This document shows, piece after piece, positions 26,791 through 43,323 of a stretch of DNA of 64,000 bases. The stretch is from Octopus sinensis (Eukaryota). The stretch is from contig NW_021832411.1 in the NCBI RefSeq assembly GCF_006345805.1, positions 1 through 64,000 on the forward strand, in the 5' to 3' direction. The translations under genes and the position numbers were made by a program. Position 1 is the stretch's first letter; every line of letters starts with the position of its first letter. A model generated the notes under the pieces. The model saw only the letters and a program-made list of their open reading frames with translations, was not told the DNA's origin and did no database searches.

Positions 26791-27789
26791 TTTCAGTTTT
26801 ATATATACAATAACTAAGTTATATATTATACACTTCATTGTGATTTGTTGTTTGTGACCCCACCGGTCCGATGAAATACTGTCTTGCATGAAACCGCTCC
26901 GTGGAATAAAAAGATCAGAAACCGTTGGTTTGTTGTAGCTCTACGTATTATACTATTATCCACGGGCTCTACTATTATCTATGGGCTCCCCCTGATGAGT
27001 ACTAAAATGTCTATAGCATCACTATATGTTACATTATTACCTATAGTATCGTTATACATCAAATGGTGTCTTTTGTACCTGACTATGTTATACTATTGGC
27101 GATAGTTTCTCAGTTCCTAATACTATTCTCTAGTAATAGAGAACAGAACACAGAAACACTATAGAAAACAATACAACACATGGAACCTTTGTTTTCGTGC
27201 CTATTGTTTCCATTTACCGATATTCTATGTTTCTGTTTCAAACATAATAGAGTGAATTTTAAAGGTGGGCACAAGGCCATAAGAGAGGCGCACAATCTAT
27301 AAATTTGTTTTCTACAGAAAAAAAAGCGAGAAATAAAAGGGGAATATGTAAAAATAAATGAAATAATGATTTTTTATGCCATTGCTATACATTCTCAGAA
27401 AAGGTGATGTAGAGAAGTTAACGACATCAGGTTTTTTTAACCTGTTATTTTGTTTTATCGACCCAGGAAAAAGATCGACATTTACGCGGCCAAAGCGGAA
27501 GTGAAACACAGATTGGTTTGCTTCGCTATTCTTTGAGTTCATTCGTCCAACAAGACTAATGTTCACGAATGAATAGAATTTGTTTAAAAACCTAATATTT
27601 TGAAGGTTCTAGTTCTTGAATCTATAGGGAAAGAAACATTGATCTAAGGACGAGTTGTGTTCGTGGACAAAACACTTAGCTCTAAACGGCCGGTTTCACC
27701 TAGATTTGAATTAGGGTAATTCACAGATGTAAGCATTGTGGAAATAAATGAATGTGTGTGTGTGTGTGTGTGTGTGGGTGTGTGTGGGT

Positions 27790-30597
<2,808 letters not shown>

Positions 30598-30869
30598 CCG
30601 TCATCGCTTGACAACCGATGCTGACGTGTTTATGTTTCCGTGACATAGCGGTATGTCAACAGTGGTCGATAAAATAAGTACTAGGCTTACAAAGAATAGG
30701 TAATGGGGTTGATTTGTTCGACTAAAACCTGTGAGTGAGTTAATAATTTGCTGCTTCGGTGGTCCAGTAGCCATGGGTGTTGAGAAGAAGTAATACAACA
30801 CATAGGTGGGGGTTTCAAATCTCTTCCAGAAATTACAAGAGATCTAGTTAAAAATTTTATAGGTGCTGA

Positions 30870-31240
30870 TGTTGCTGAGTGGTAAGTAGCTTGCTTACCA
30901 ACCACATGGTTCTGGTTTCAGTCCCACTGCGTGGCACCTTGGGCAAGCGTTTTCTACTATAGACTCGGGCCGACCAAAGCCTCGTGAGTGGATTTGGTAG
31001 ACGGAAACTGAAAGAAGCCTGTCGCATGTATATATATGTGTGTGTGTGTGTGTGTATTTGTCCCCCTCCATCGCTTGACAACCGATGCTGGTGTGTCCTC
31101 GTAACTTAGCGGTTCGGCAAAAGAGACTGATAGAACAAGTACTAGGCTTACAAAGAATAAGTCCTGTGGTCGATTTGCTCGACTAAGGGCAGTACTCCAG
31201 CATGGCCGCTACCAAATAACTGGAAGTGATAAAAGAATAA
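30870..31240 (+). mobile_element. SINE family C, full length (preceded by a 3' fragment at 30598-30730)
   Basis: GAGTGGTAAGTAGCTTGCTTACCAACCACATGG head; TCCAGCATGGCCGC tail. Confidence 0.9.
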
Positions 31241-31254
31241 CAGAATATATACAG

Positions 31255-31457
31255 TTCTATACTTAAGAGATGAGGAATTATGTTCATTATTTACATTATT
31301 TACAATTGATGGATATTTGTCCTCATCTTGTTTGCAGTTAACACAATGTTTTGGCTGATATACCCTCCAGCCTTCATCAGGTGTCTTGGGGAAACGTTAA
31401 CAACAAACAAGGTGAGGACAAATATCCGTCAAATATAATAACGTAAATAATGTAACA

Positions 31458-31460
<3 letters not shown>
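31255..31460. mobile_element. PLE-type pseudo-LTR in inverted arrangement with a decayed minimal hammerhead (31340-31385, minus)
   Basis: Arms GGATATTTGTCCTCATCTTGTTTG..GTTAAC and GTTAAC..CAAACAAGGTGAGGACAAATATCC are inverted. Between them the minus strand reads GACAC-CUGAUGA-AGGCUG-GAGGGUAUAU-CAGCC-aAAAC-aUU-GUGUU. A deleted homologue lies at 45085-45170. Confidence 0.7.
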
Positions 31461-31514
<54 letters not shown>

Positions 31515-31715
31515 CTCTCTTTTATTCTTTTACTTGTTTCAGTCATTTGACTGTCGTCGTGCTGGAGCACCGCCTTAACAGGTTTTAGTCGAAAAATCAA
31601 CCCCAAGACTTGTTCTTTGTAAGCCTAGGACTTATTTTATTGATCGCTTTTGACAAACCTCTATGTTACGGGGACATAAACACTTCAGCATCGGTTGTCA
31701 AGCGATGACGAGGCA
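31515..31715 (-). mobile_element. SINE family C, 3' part
   Basis: TTTTACTTGTTTCAGTCATTTGACTG..GCTGGAGCACCGCC (rc tail). Confidence 0.85.
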
Positions 31716-31760
31716 CAGACACAGACACACATACACACACATAAATATATACATATGTAC

Positions 31761-31798
<38 letters not shown>

Positions 31799-31803
31799 AT
31801 ACT

Positions 31804-31853
<50 letters not shown>

Positions 31854-32688
31854 CACAGAGAGAGAGGGTGAGGGAGAAAGAAGTAGATAGATCTACAAAC
31901 ATACATCATACACACACGAATATACAGACATTTACACACGTACAGAAACACACATACACAGACATGTATACACACATACGCACACGCACACACTATTTAG
32001 AGAAAAAATAACATTCGGTCTGGGACATTTCCGCTCCCTCTCTTTCTCCCTTCCTGTCTCTCTCCTCCTCTCTCTCTCTCTCTCTCTCTTTCTGCACGTA
32101 TCAATCTATCTCTCACCTACATACATGCATGTACTTTCACAAGGACACACACACTCATATACATACATACACATAATCATACACACATACACACACACAC
32201 ATACACACACACATCTACAGAAAGATAAAATAACATGTCACATTCCCCACCGCCACCATCATTGCCATCACCACCACCACCACCGCCATCGCCACGACCC
32301 CCCCCCACTCACCTTTACTCCATCTACATTGTTTTGTTTTCTGCTCCCACCCCCCTTCTTTCTTCCCCACGAACTTAATTCAGATATCGCAACGACGACG
32401 AAGAGGAACAAAACTATAGTTTGCGTTTATGACCTCTCACCTTTGACACGCGATGTCAGTATGGCCCGCTTGTCAGGTAGAAAGGAACTGGAAATAGAAA
32501 CAATAAGAGACAAACGATACCAGCTGAGTGTTTCAGTCGGTTTCTCTCAGACCATCTCCCAACCAACACCATCCATCCAACATGTCATTATTGTTTCATT
32601 GAAAATGTTGAGGAACGCATCAACACACATCTCTTGGCCAATGTTATTGCCAACAGTTCTGAGCATTATTAACCTGACAAGTAAATTA

Positions 32689-33045
32689 CAGTAGAACCTC
32701 AGAGTACGAGTGCCCCATTGTACGAGTAGTTTGCTGTACGAGACTCGTGCGAGCTTTTGTCTTGAACTACAAGCAGAAATTCGCAGCATGAGCACACAAA
32801 TTGTCCTATCTTTAAGGTAATTTCTCTTTTTTATAATTGTCATTTTACTTGTAACTCCACCTTTTCTGTTTCAAAACTCATAAAAACTATTTTTGAGTGT
32901 TTTTTGGTGGGGGCGGGCTGGAACGGATTAATTATATTAATATAATATAATTATATTATTGAAGAAAGCTGATTTGTAAAACGAGTAAATCGTAAGAAGA
33001 GTTCGGTCATGCAGCGAATTAAACTCGTACTGGGAGGTATCACTG
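32689..33045. mobile_element. Tigger/pogo-like MITE
   Basis: TIRs CAGTAGAACCTCAGAGTACGAGT and the rc CAGTGATACCTCCCAGTACGAGT, each flanked by TA. Confidence 0.8.
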
Positions 33046-33087
33046 TATATGTATTAAAACGAAATTAACGAAAGTAAATATGCATAT

Positions 33088-33450
33088 AAGGCAGCGAGCT
33101 GGCAGGAACGTTAGTACGCCGGGCGAAATACGTAGCCGTATTTCGTCTGCCGTTACGTTCTGAGTTCAAATTCCGCCGAGGTCGACTTTGCCTTTCATAC
33201 TTTCGGGGTCGATAAAGTTGCGCACTGAGGTCGATGTAATCGACTTAATCCGTTTGTCTCCTCTGTAGGCAGTAAAGAAATGGGTATTTCGTGTGTCTTT
33301 ACGTTCTGAGTTCAAATTCCGCCGAGGTCGACTTTGCCGTTCATCTTTTCAGGGTCGATAAATTAGGTACCAGTTACGTACTGAGGTCGATGTAATTGAC
33401 TTGCCTTCACCCCACAAACATTCATACCTTGTGCCTAGAGTAGGAAAGGA
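33088..33450 (+). mobile_element. Family A SINE dimer (second unit has the older tail)
   Basis: AAAGAAATGGGTATTTCGTG junction at ~33276-33295 followed by a second body. Confidence 0.88.
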
Positions 33451-33698
33451 TATATCGTTTTTTATTCACTTTTGTTTTGTTTTAGTAAATACCACCGCTA
33501 ACACTTTCTCCTATCGCTGTTGTCCTTGTCTGATCGAATTCTAAGTGATTGATTGATTAATTATTATTAATCTCGTTCTCTTTTTATTGTGTTTTCAGAT
33601 TGTTTCTTGCGATATGCTTTGTAAAGACAAGAAAGAAGAAAATGAAGAAATAAATAAATAAATAAATGAAGACGATCCAATTAAGGTGAAAGATAGAA

Positions 33699-34013
33699 AT
33701 GGCCGTCCTGAGTGAACAGGTGAGGAGTGACCAGGTGATCAGCGCAAGCACAGGACAGATGACCATTGTCGATACAGAAAAGGTGAGCAGTGTGAATATA
33801 GAACAGGTGTGCAGCGTGGAGGCTGGACAGGTGACCAGTGTGACGTCAGAACAGGCGTGCAGCGGGAAAACAAAACGTGTGTCCAGTGTGAATATCGTAT
33901 TGTCTTTGCTTGACCAATGTATTAACGTTGTTAACATCGTGGCCAACAATGCATCAAGCCCAAGGGACAAGAGGAGTAAAGTTCGACTGACCTCTACTTC
34001 ACATTCGTCATAA
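33699..34013 (+). other. Degenerate 24-bp repeat forming a 104-codon ORF (8-aa repeat); coding status unknown
   Basis: About 8 units like ACAGAACAGGTGAGCAGTGTGAAT, translating as (T/A)(E/G)QV(S/T/C)SV.; no homology recognised. Confidence 0.3.
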
Positions 34014-34085
34014 GAGAGAATTTCGGCAAAGACAACGGCAACAATTAGTGTCAGTAATGAAAAAATTTAATAATTAATAATAACA

Positions 34086-34123
<38 letters not shown>

Positions 34124-34353
34124 CTACTAGTAATACTTAATATTGTTCTTAAAAACTACGATGGCAGTAAAGCAGGTTGACAACAACAACAACTACAACA
34201 ACATCAAGCTGTATTGCTAGATCGATATCATCATCATCATCATCATCAATTACAACGACGATGACGACGACGACGACGATGTCAACGTAAACAAAAGCAA
34301 ATAAAAAAAAGCAACTAGTAATACAAAAATAAACAACATCAACAACAAGAACA

Positions 34354-34399
<46 letters not shown>

Positions 34400-35240
34400 T
34401 AACGACCACGACCGACATATTTCGTTCACGCTGAACACTACTTCGATCCGTTCGATTGGCTGGTTGTCCGACCAGCTTTACCTGGGGCGGATTAGTCTTA
34501 CCTGGCGTAGTAGCAGCAACAGTATCAAGCGCAGCAGTAGCAGCAGTAGTAGTAGTAGTTAAACACAATCAAAATATATTTGCGGACACGGAACTAGAGG
34601 CACACTACCACCACCATCACCAAAATCACCAACAACACCGCCACCCCGCGGTGCACGCGACATTTAACCACACCAACAACAGGTACTAATCATCATCTCC
34701 ACCACCACAACAACAACAACTGCTAAATTTCTTGATAACTGACTGCAGCCTGGGGAGGGGAAGGCAGAGGGAGAGACAGCTGTTGGGGGAGGACAACGAC
34801 GGTGAGAGCGAGGCAGAAGACCTGGGGAGAAAGGAGGAACGAAGATTAGCGCTACTACTGGAAACTATTAGCTACAATTACTACTGCTGATACTACTACT
34901 ACTACAACCACTATTAACTACAGCTACTACTACTAAGGAGAAGAAGGCGTCGACGAGTTTACGTAGAAAAGTTATAGTAAGAGTGATCGTGGTGGGAGTC
35001 AGAAAAGTAGTGAGAGTTGGTGAGTGTAAGTGGGAGACGAAACTTAACAGAGTGGAGTAGGGGTAACATAACAAGACGGGTAACACGACAGTAGCGCCCC
35101 AACACATTTTAGTAGAACGAAGGCCCTGCCAGGCGATTAAGTATCGCCGGTTGCTGCTTTTCCGCGGGCAGGGCCCAAATGCAACGGTACACACACGAAT
35201 AAAGGATTACATATAAAACATACATTTACGGGTTGTGTGT

Positions 35241-35283
<43 letters not shown>

Positions 35284-35742
35284 CTGCAAACCTGTGTTTG
35301 AGAGAGGAAGGAAAGAAGGAAAACACGAATGCTAAAAGGAATTAATGTTTGACTTTAGCTACCCGCAAACAGCAGAGAGAAACTATTTGATATTAAACAA
35401 AGTTGAACGGTACATGAAAAATAACGATTGTCATAACAACTATTATTTCACGTATTTATTGAACATAAACATATAAAGAAAGCGAAATTACTTTCGATCA
35501 AGCTGGATCGTTTACAAATAATTTATTTAAGGATGTAATCAAGGAAATCTTTTTGAAAAAAAAAAGTTAACAATAACGTGAAACCCCACGTATATGTATG
35601 TGTGTGTGTAAATAATATGTATTATACTATACAAATGCGAGTTGATTTAACAAACAAATACACACAACAAACTAAAGGTGTCTCAAAGAAGTTGTGTCTC
35701 TAAAACACACAGCGGAACGTACGTATATTACTGAACCTATAT

Positions 35743-35784
<42 letters not shown>

Positions 35785-36521
35785 CTTTTTCGGCGAATCA
35801 CAGAAGTTTCTTCAAATATATATATATAAAATGTAACGACATCTGAGATATATATACAACCTGTTGGAACGAATAATGTCAAAAATATATATATACTATA
35901 TGTACGTGTATGTACATATATGTTTGCATGTATATATGTGTGTTTATATATAATGTAATATAATGATTTGGTGGTCTGAAGCGAGCGAAAGGATGCAATA
36001 CCCACAGATTTACCTTTTACTAAAAACACTCTATTTTATTGGATTACTGCATTTTATACGGTGCAATACACACGGTAAGTACTTCTAATTATCTTTCCGC
36101 TTTTCTACCTGTCCACTTAGATATCTTTCATACCTGTAATATTTACAGAATATTCGAAACGTCAACAAGAAAGTAAACTTTAAAAATAGCGTTTCTATTT
36201 AATAATTATTTAATAAATCAAAATCTGTTTAAAAGTTCATTAGATTTTTAATCTCCTTGGTAACTTTTAGGACACCGTATATTTTAGCTGGTATTTCAGC
36301 ATACCTGTCTGTCTGTTAAATGTTTATTTTATAATTTCTGTTCTTGTGAATGCTGCTGTCGTCTACGTGTTTGCTGTGCAACGACAGACACCTAACTACC
36401 TGCAAATGAACATGACAAAACTTTTGTATTGTATAGTGTTTATATATTTATATTGCTCAAGTTTACTGGGTCTAGCACGCGTGTAGAAAAATTTGACGTT
36501 ATATATTATTTTTGTAAAATA

Positions 36522-36890
36522 AAGCGGCGAGCTGGCAGAAACGTTAGCACGCCGGGCGAGATGCTTAGCAGTATTTCGTCTGCCGTTACATTCTAGGTTC
36601 AAATTTCACTGAGGTCGACTATGCCTTTCATCCTTTCGGGGTCGATAAATTAAGTACCAGTTACGCATTGGGGTCGATGTAATCGACTTAATCAGTTTGT
36701 CTGTCCTTGTTTGTCCTCTCTGTGTTCAGCCCCTTGTGGGTAATAAAGAAATAGGTATTTCGTCCTGCTTTATGTTCTGGGTTCAAATTTCGCCGAGGTC
36801 GACTTCGCCTTTCATCCTTTTCAGGGTCGATAAAATAAGTACCAGTTAAGCATTGGGGTTGATGAATCGACTTATACTCTCCCCCGAAAC
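36522..36890 (+). mobile_element. Family A SINE dimer
   Basis: Tail AATAAAGAAATAGGTATTTCGTC junction at ~36741-36763, then a second B-box and body. Confidence 0.88.
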
Positions 36891-36979
36891 TGCTGTGGAC
36901 ACAGAACATGTGAGCAACGAGGAGACTGGATAGGTAACCAGAGAAAAATTTAAAATTTGAAACCTATATATTTATATAA

Positions 36980-37365
36980 TGTGGTTGTGTGGTTAAGAAG
37001 CTCTTCTTGCGACCACATGGTTTTGGGTTCAGTCCCATTGCACAGCACTTTAAGTAAGTGTTTTCTTTGTTTGTTTTTCTACTATCGCCCTGAGTGGACC
37101 AATGTCTTGTGAGGGAATCTGGTAGAGGGAGACTGTCTTTGAGTTTGTCCCCACCACTACCACTTGACAACCAGTGTTGGTTTGTTTACGTTCCCCGTAA
37201 ACAAGCTGTTCGGCAAAAAAAGGACGATAAAATAAGTACCAAACTTTAAAATAAAAGAAAGAAACGACGTAAGTATTGGCATCGATCAATTCGACTGAAG
37301 TCCTTCAAGGCCGTACTCCAGCATGGCCGCAGCCCAGTGATTGAAACAAATAAAAAGATAAGAGA
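36980..37365 (+). mobile_element. SINE family C, diverged
   Basis: GTGGTTGTGTGGTTAAGAAG head; CTCCAGCATGGCCGCA tail. Confidence 0.8.
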
Positions 37366-37405
37366 CACAAACACACACACATTTACGTTGATGACACTGA
37401 TTGTA

Positions 37406-37442
<37 letters not shown>

Positions 37443-37597
37443 TGGTGATGGATCTACAACACGTACATGTATGAATGTGTGTATATATGTGTGTGTGTAC
37501 GTGTGTTCTTTAGTCATAAAACATTTAAATAACATTATTATTAGCAACCTATTTATGTGTACGTACGTATCTGTATTCACATATATGTATACATGCG

Positions 37598-37645
<48 letters not shown>

Positions 37646-38532
37646 AGATAAATAAAAATATATGCATACATACAAACATATATGTACGTACCTACATCTA
37701 CATGTATATATACATGCATATATAAATAATTATACGGAAGTACAGGACATCACAATAAGACGTAGAAACAGAAAAAGCCAAAAAACAAAAAACAAGAAAA
37801 CGGAAAACGAAAACCAAATACAGGACAGGTTACACAAGGACAAAACCCCCGTCATCAGCTGTCGCTAGAGGAGTCAGGCATGTTTCGAAGGCATAACAGA
37901 ACACTAATCCAATAGGCCTTCCTGCGAGAGAATTAAAATAAAATTTCAAGCAGCGGGGCACAATGAGTACGAACACAAACAAGACGTAACAATAAGACTG
38001 CAAAATTAAAATACATGTACAAAAACAAACACAAGAGGACGAACGAAAAGCCTTTTTTCTGGCATAGACAAACAATAAAACTGCAAAAATAAAAATACAT
38101 GTACAAAAAGTACAATTAGTTACAAAACGAGAAAATAACAAGAATACTATACAGGAAATTAACCACACAAGGGGACGAACGAAGAAGCCTTTTTGCTGGC
38201 AAGGACGAAAGTGTAGTAGCAGCGCGTGGAGGCAGATATATATATATATGTATACACATATGCATACATATATGCATGAATATATATATACATGTGTATA
38301 TATATATATATACATACATACACACACGAGGAGTAGATAGACAGCCGACAACTGACGAAGGGTCGTTCTTTATGTTACTTGTCCTGTACCCATATATGCA
38401 TATGTTTGTGCATGTGTGTGTATATATATGCATGTATATATATATATTTATATATATATATATATCATTAGTGTATCTGTGCGTGTGCCTCCATGTGTGC
38501 ACGTACGTCTGGGTGTTTGTGTTTGCATGTAC

Positions 38533-38583
<51 letters not shown>

Positions 38584-38739
38584 CGAGGCGTTCGAGGGCC
38601 TTTGCGCTCGCGCGCCTTGGCGCGCGCTGGGGGCTTGGTCGGCCCCTTGGGCTTGCGTTGTACTGCTTGTGCGTTGTGTGCGTGAGCGCGCTTCGTGTGT
38701 GTGGGCTTGCTTCGGATGTGCGCGTGCGTATGTATGCAT

Positions 38740-40260
38740 ACATACCCACACACTCGCATGCATCCCTACCCACATACATACACGCACACCTACTCACACA
38801 CACACATACACACACATACCTGCACACACACACACACACACATACATACATACATACACATACATACCTACTTCAGACATACACACACACAGACATACAC
38901 CCATACACTCACACTCACACACACACACACATACACACGCACACGTACACATACACACACACACACACACATACATACATACATACACACATACATAAAC
39001 ACACACACATACATACACACACACACCTACACAGCCATACCCTCACTCAGACACACACATCTACCTACACACACACACAAACACACACGGACACACACCC
39101 ATACATACATACATCCACACACACACGCCTACACACATACATACACACATACATAAACACACACACATACACATATACACACATACGCACACACACATAT
39201 AGTTATACACATGCACACACACACACATACATACATATACCCATATACATACACACACACATACCCACATACTCCTATACGCACATACATACACACAGAC
39301 ATACACACATACACACTCACACAAACATACACACACACATACTTACACACACACTCACCTGCACGCGCACACACATGCATGACAAACACCCATACACTCA
39401 CACTCACATACGCACACACCAACATAAACACGCACACGCACACGCACACACACACCTACACTCCCACACACATACACACGCACCTACATACACACACGCA
39501 CGCATACACACGCATACACACATACATTACACACGTACACACACACCTACATACACATGCATACACACACACACACACAAACATGCACGGACACACCCAG
39601 ACATACACACATACACCTATATACACACGCCCACACACCTACATACACACACATATACACACGCCCACACACCTACATACACACACATACATACACACAC
39701 ATACACGGACACACCCATACATACTTACATACATACACCTATACACACACGCCTACACACCTACATACACACACATGCATACACACACACACACATGTAC
39801 GCACATACACACACATACGCACATACATATATACCCACACACATGCACACACACACACATACGCACATGCATGCATGCATGCATGCACACGCGCACACCT
39901 ACACGCATACACACACACACACGCACGTACACATACATACATACACACACGCATACATACACCCATACACATACATGCATCCTACACACACATACATACA
40001 CACTCACACATACATACACACACACACACTCACTCTCACACCTGTATGTACGCGCACACACATGCACATACACACACTTCCCCACACCCACACGTACATA
40101 CATACACACTCACACACATACACACACACACACACACGGACATACATCTATGCACACACATACATACACACATACTCACATACATTCATCGGACACACTG
40201 CCACCCGGACATACACACAGACACACTCACACATCCACACACATACATACTTACGCACAT
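38740..40260. repeat. ~1.5 kb degenerate (CA)/(CATA) low-complexity tract
   Basis: Direct reading; source of the spurious 652-, 489- and 330-aa ORFs. Confidence 0.95.
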
Positions 40261-41723
40261 ACTCGCAGGCGCGCGCACGCACGCGCTTGCGCCGGTTCGC
40301 GCACGCATACGCGCCGCAGGCACCTCGCTCTCGGACCCGACAAGACCTCCCGCCCGTTCCTGGGACCGTCGCGTGTCGTTGGGTTTTCCCACGCCCGTCT
40401 CCGCGGGACCACTCTTCCATCTTCCCCTCAGCTGGAGTCCTTTTTCCTTAACCCCCCCCTTTTTTTCGTTACACACGCGCGCACACATATACACACGTTG
40501 CTTAAATATATACATTACTCTTACACACATTCAATCTACTCGCCATTAATACCACCACGACACTGGACACACACACCCACTACTACTCAACACACGCTGG
40601 CACGCTACATACGCCCCCACCCCTTCCCCTCCCTCCCTTCCTCCTTCCTTCTTTTTCTTACTACTGACCTTGTCTGCTAAGCTGACCACTAGTCTAGTCT
40701 CGCCCTACCTCACACGCCTACACACAGACGCACACACTAACACACACACATATATATTTTTGTGTTTTTTCATCTCGCCTCACACACACACATACACACA
40801 CGCACACGCACACACTCACACATACACACACATCTGTTGCGTTACCAACCTTATCTCCACTCTTTTGCCTTTAAAAACCCACTTTGCTCTGTTTTCGTAA
40901 ACATCCGCCTTTCACCATGTGCAACTCGTAAACACCAGCCGTCTTTTTTCTCTTTCCCTGTTGCCCGCTCTGGGATCTTTCCTCTCTCTTCCTTCTTTAT
41001 GTTTCCGACGAAGAGCTCCGCTCGAAACGTCATACCTCCCTGCTTCCATTTCCTGAGCGCCTATTAATAATAATACTGTAATTGTTCCATTGTTGTTGTT
41101 TTTTTGTTTCCCGTTTGGATTAAAATTATATATATATATATATATACAGACACGTGTGTGTGCGTGTGTACATATCTATGCGTGTGTACATACGTGTGTA
41201 TATGCGTGTACAAACGTGTGTATATCCCCCCCACCCCTTATTGACAACCGGTGTTGGTTTGTTAACGTTCTCGTAATATAGCCGTTCGGCAAAAGAGAAC
41301 CGATAGAATAAGTACCAGACTTAAAGAATAAGTACTGCGATCGATTTTTTTCGACCAAACCCCTCAAGGCCGCAGCCCATTGATAATCAAATAAAAAGCG
41401 ATGTGTTTGTGCTAAACACCTGTTGCTTTTATAAGTCAATTCTAAATTAATGTTAAAAGGAGAAAGTGCGCCTTTTTTAAATCCTTCTTTATGCACATGA
41501 TCTGCCGAAGTGTGTGAGGAAGGCATTATTGTCACAAAATCACTTTGCCTTCTCTTTACTACAAACCTGAGGTGACAGAACGCATAGTCCGTTGAATCGG
41601 TGATGATGTTTGCTGCATTAGAACAACAGGCAGGTTGATTCTGCGATTCGGTTTCGATTCAGAGTAGAGCCTGTTTCGTTTCGATTGTTTGCGCACATCA
41701 CATGTGCCTGTCTGTCTGCCTGC

Positions 41724-41763
<40 letters not shown>

Positions 41764-42001
41764 CTTAGATTAATTTGTGTGTCTTTAATGTGTATGTGTG
41801 TGTTGTATGTCTTTGTCTGTATGATGTATGCGTGTATTTACGTGTCTGTGTGTATATGTGCAATTGCGTGAATATGTAGATGTGTGTATTTGCCTCTGTG
41901 TGTTTGAGGGTGGATAGATAGATAGATAGATATAGATATAGATAGATAGATAGATATAGATAGATAAATAGATATAGATAGATAGATATAGATAGATAGA
42001 T

Positions 42002-42064
<63 letters not shown>

Positions 42065-42457
42065 TGGATATGTAGTTAGTTCTGTGTCGATGTAGATGTA
42101 CCTATTTATTTACCTGTGTATGTCGACAGATAGAGAGACAGACTGATAGAGAGGTGTGTATTTAATCTGTGTGTCGATAAACAACGATATGTATCCTTTA
42201 CTTCTGGGTGTCTGTGTGTGTATTTATCTTTGTGAATGTGCGTTTGATATTTTTAGATTCATTTGTGTAACTTACATTTATATTTCTATATCAATCAGTG
42301 TGCATTTGTGTGAGTATCGACACATGGATGCGTCTGTCAGTTTATATATGTGCGTGTATGTGCGTAGCTGCATATTTACATATATGTGTATGTGTATTTG
42401 TGTGCGTGCGTTTTGACACATAGCTACGGCTATGGTTATACAGGTATGGATATGATG

Positions 42458-42673
42458 TATGGGTGCTGAAAAGTTCCTGACTTTGGGTAACAGAAAAAAT
42501 GCGACGATCAGTTAATTATGATTTCATTCAATGTATTCCCCTCTCAAATCCACACACTTTTTGCAGCGGTCCTTCATTTTTTCTAAGCCCTGTAAAAGAA
42601 CTCGGAAGTTTGAGCCTCAAACCAGGCCTTTCACAATACCCTTAAAGCAGGATCTTCTTAGCAGCCCCTCATA
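42458..42673 (-). mobile_element. Mariner-derived MITE
   Basis: TIRs TATGGGTGCTGAAAAGTTCCTG and CAGGATCTTCTTAGCAGCCCCTCATA; the minus strand retains a transposase C-terminus-like segment (QGLEK..DRCKKCVDL.GEY-like). Confidence 0.78.
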
Positions 42674-43091
42674 TATGTAGGTGTATACATACATACATAC
42701 ATACATACATACATACATACGTACGTACGTACGTACGTTCGTTCGTTCGTTCGTTCATTAATCCATCCATTATGATGGCTGCAAGCTCGTATTCTAGTAT
42801 TGCCATCGCCTAATCATAAGTCCAACACATGTGGAGGCTACGACCAGCCATTTTTGTGCTAAGTCTCACACTTTTCAAGCGATGTCTGTGGGGAAAGGAT
42901 TTGCACAAATCCATTTCCACTCTCTAAAACATGGACGACATAAACTCGAAAAGAAGGACTAATCTACATCATCAAATATTGTCAGTCTCGCAAGTTTCCC
43001 TCTCCTAGAGAGATGTGACAACAAGAGAGGGGCCTCCCACTCTCAGTGAGCCAACCGCGTGCCTGGACACCAACCCAGGTATTTCCACGTC

Positions 43092-43323
43092 TCAGCGGCG
43101 AGCTGGCAGAAACGTTAGCGCGCCGGACGAAATGCTTAGCGGTATTTCGTCTGTCGCTACGTTCTGAGTTCAAATTCCGCCGGGGTCGACTTTGCCATTC
43201 ATCCTTTCGGGGTCGATAAATTAAGTACCAGTTACACACTGGGGTCGATGTAATCGACTTAATCCGTTTGTCTGTCCTTGTTTGTCCCCTCTGTATTTAG
43301 CCCCTTGTGGGTAATAAAGAAAT
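43092..43323 (+). mobile_element. SINE family A, full length with perfect 15-bp TSD
   Basis: TSD AGGTATTTCCACGTC at 43077-43091 and 43324-43338. Confidence 0.95.

Noticed and set aside
26860-26905. CCGATGA..GAAAC hammerhead-like string
   Set aside because: Core U4 is mutated, helix II is weak and helix I does not pair.
38493-40680. Long ORFs of 652, 489 and 330 aa
   Set aside because: They are translations of (CA)/(CATA) low-complexity DNA (HT/YI repeats), which lacks stop codons; not genes.
41595-41670. C/D-box snoRNA (GTGATGA)
   Set aside because: No D box CTGA at a suitable distance and no terminal stem.
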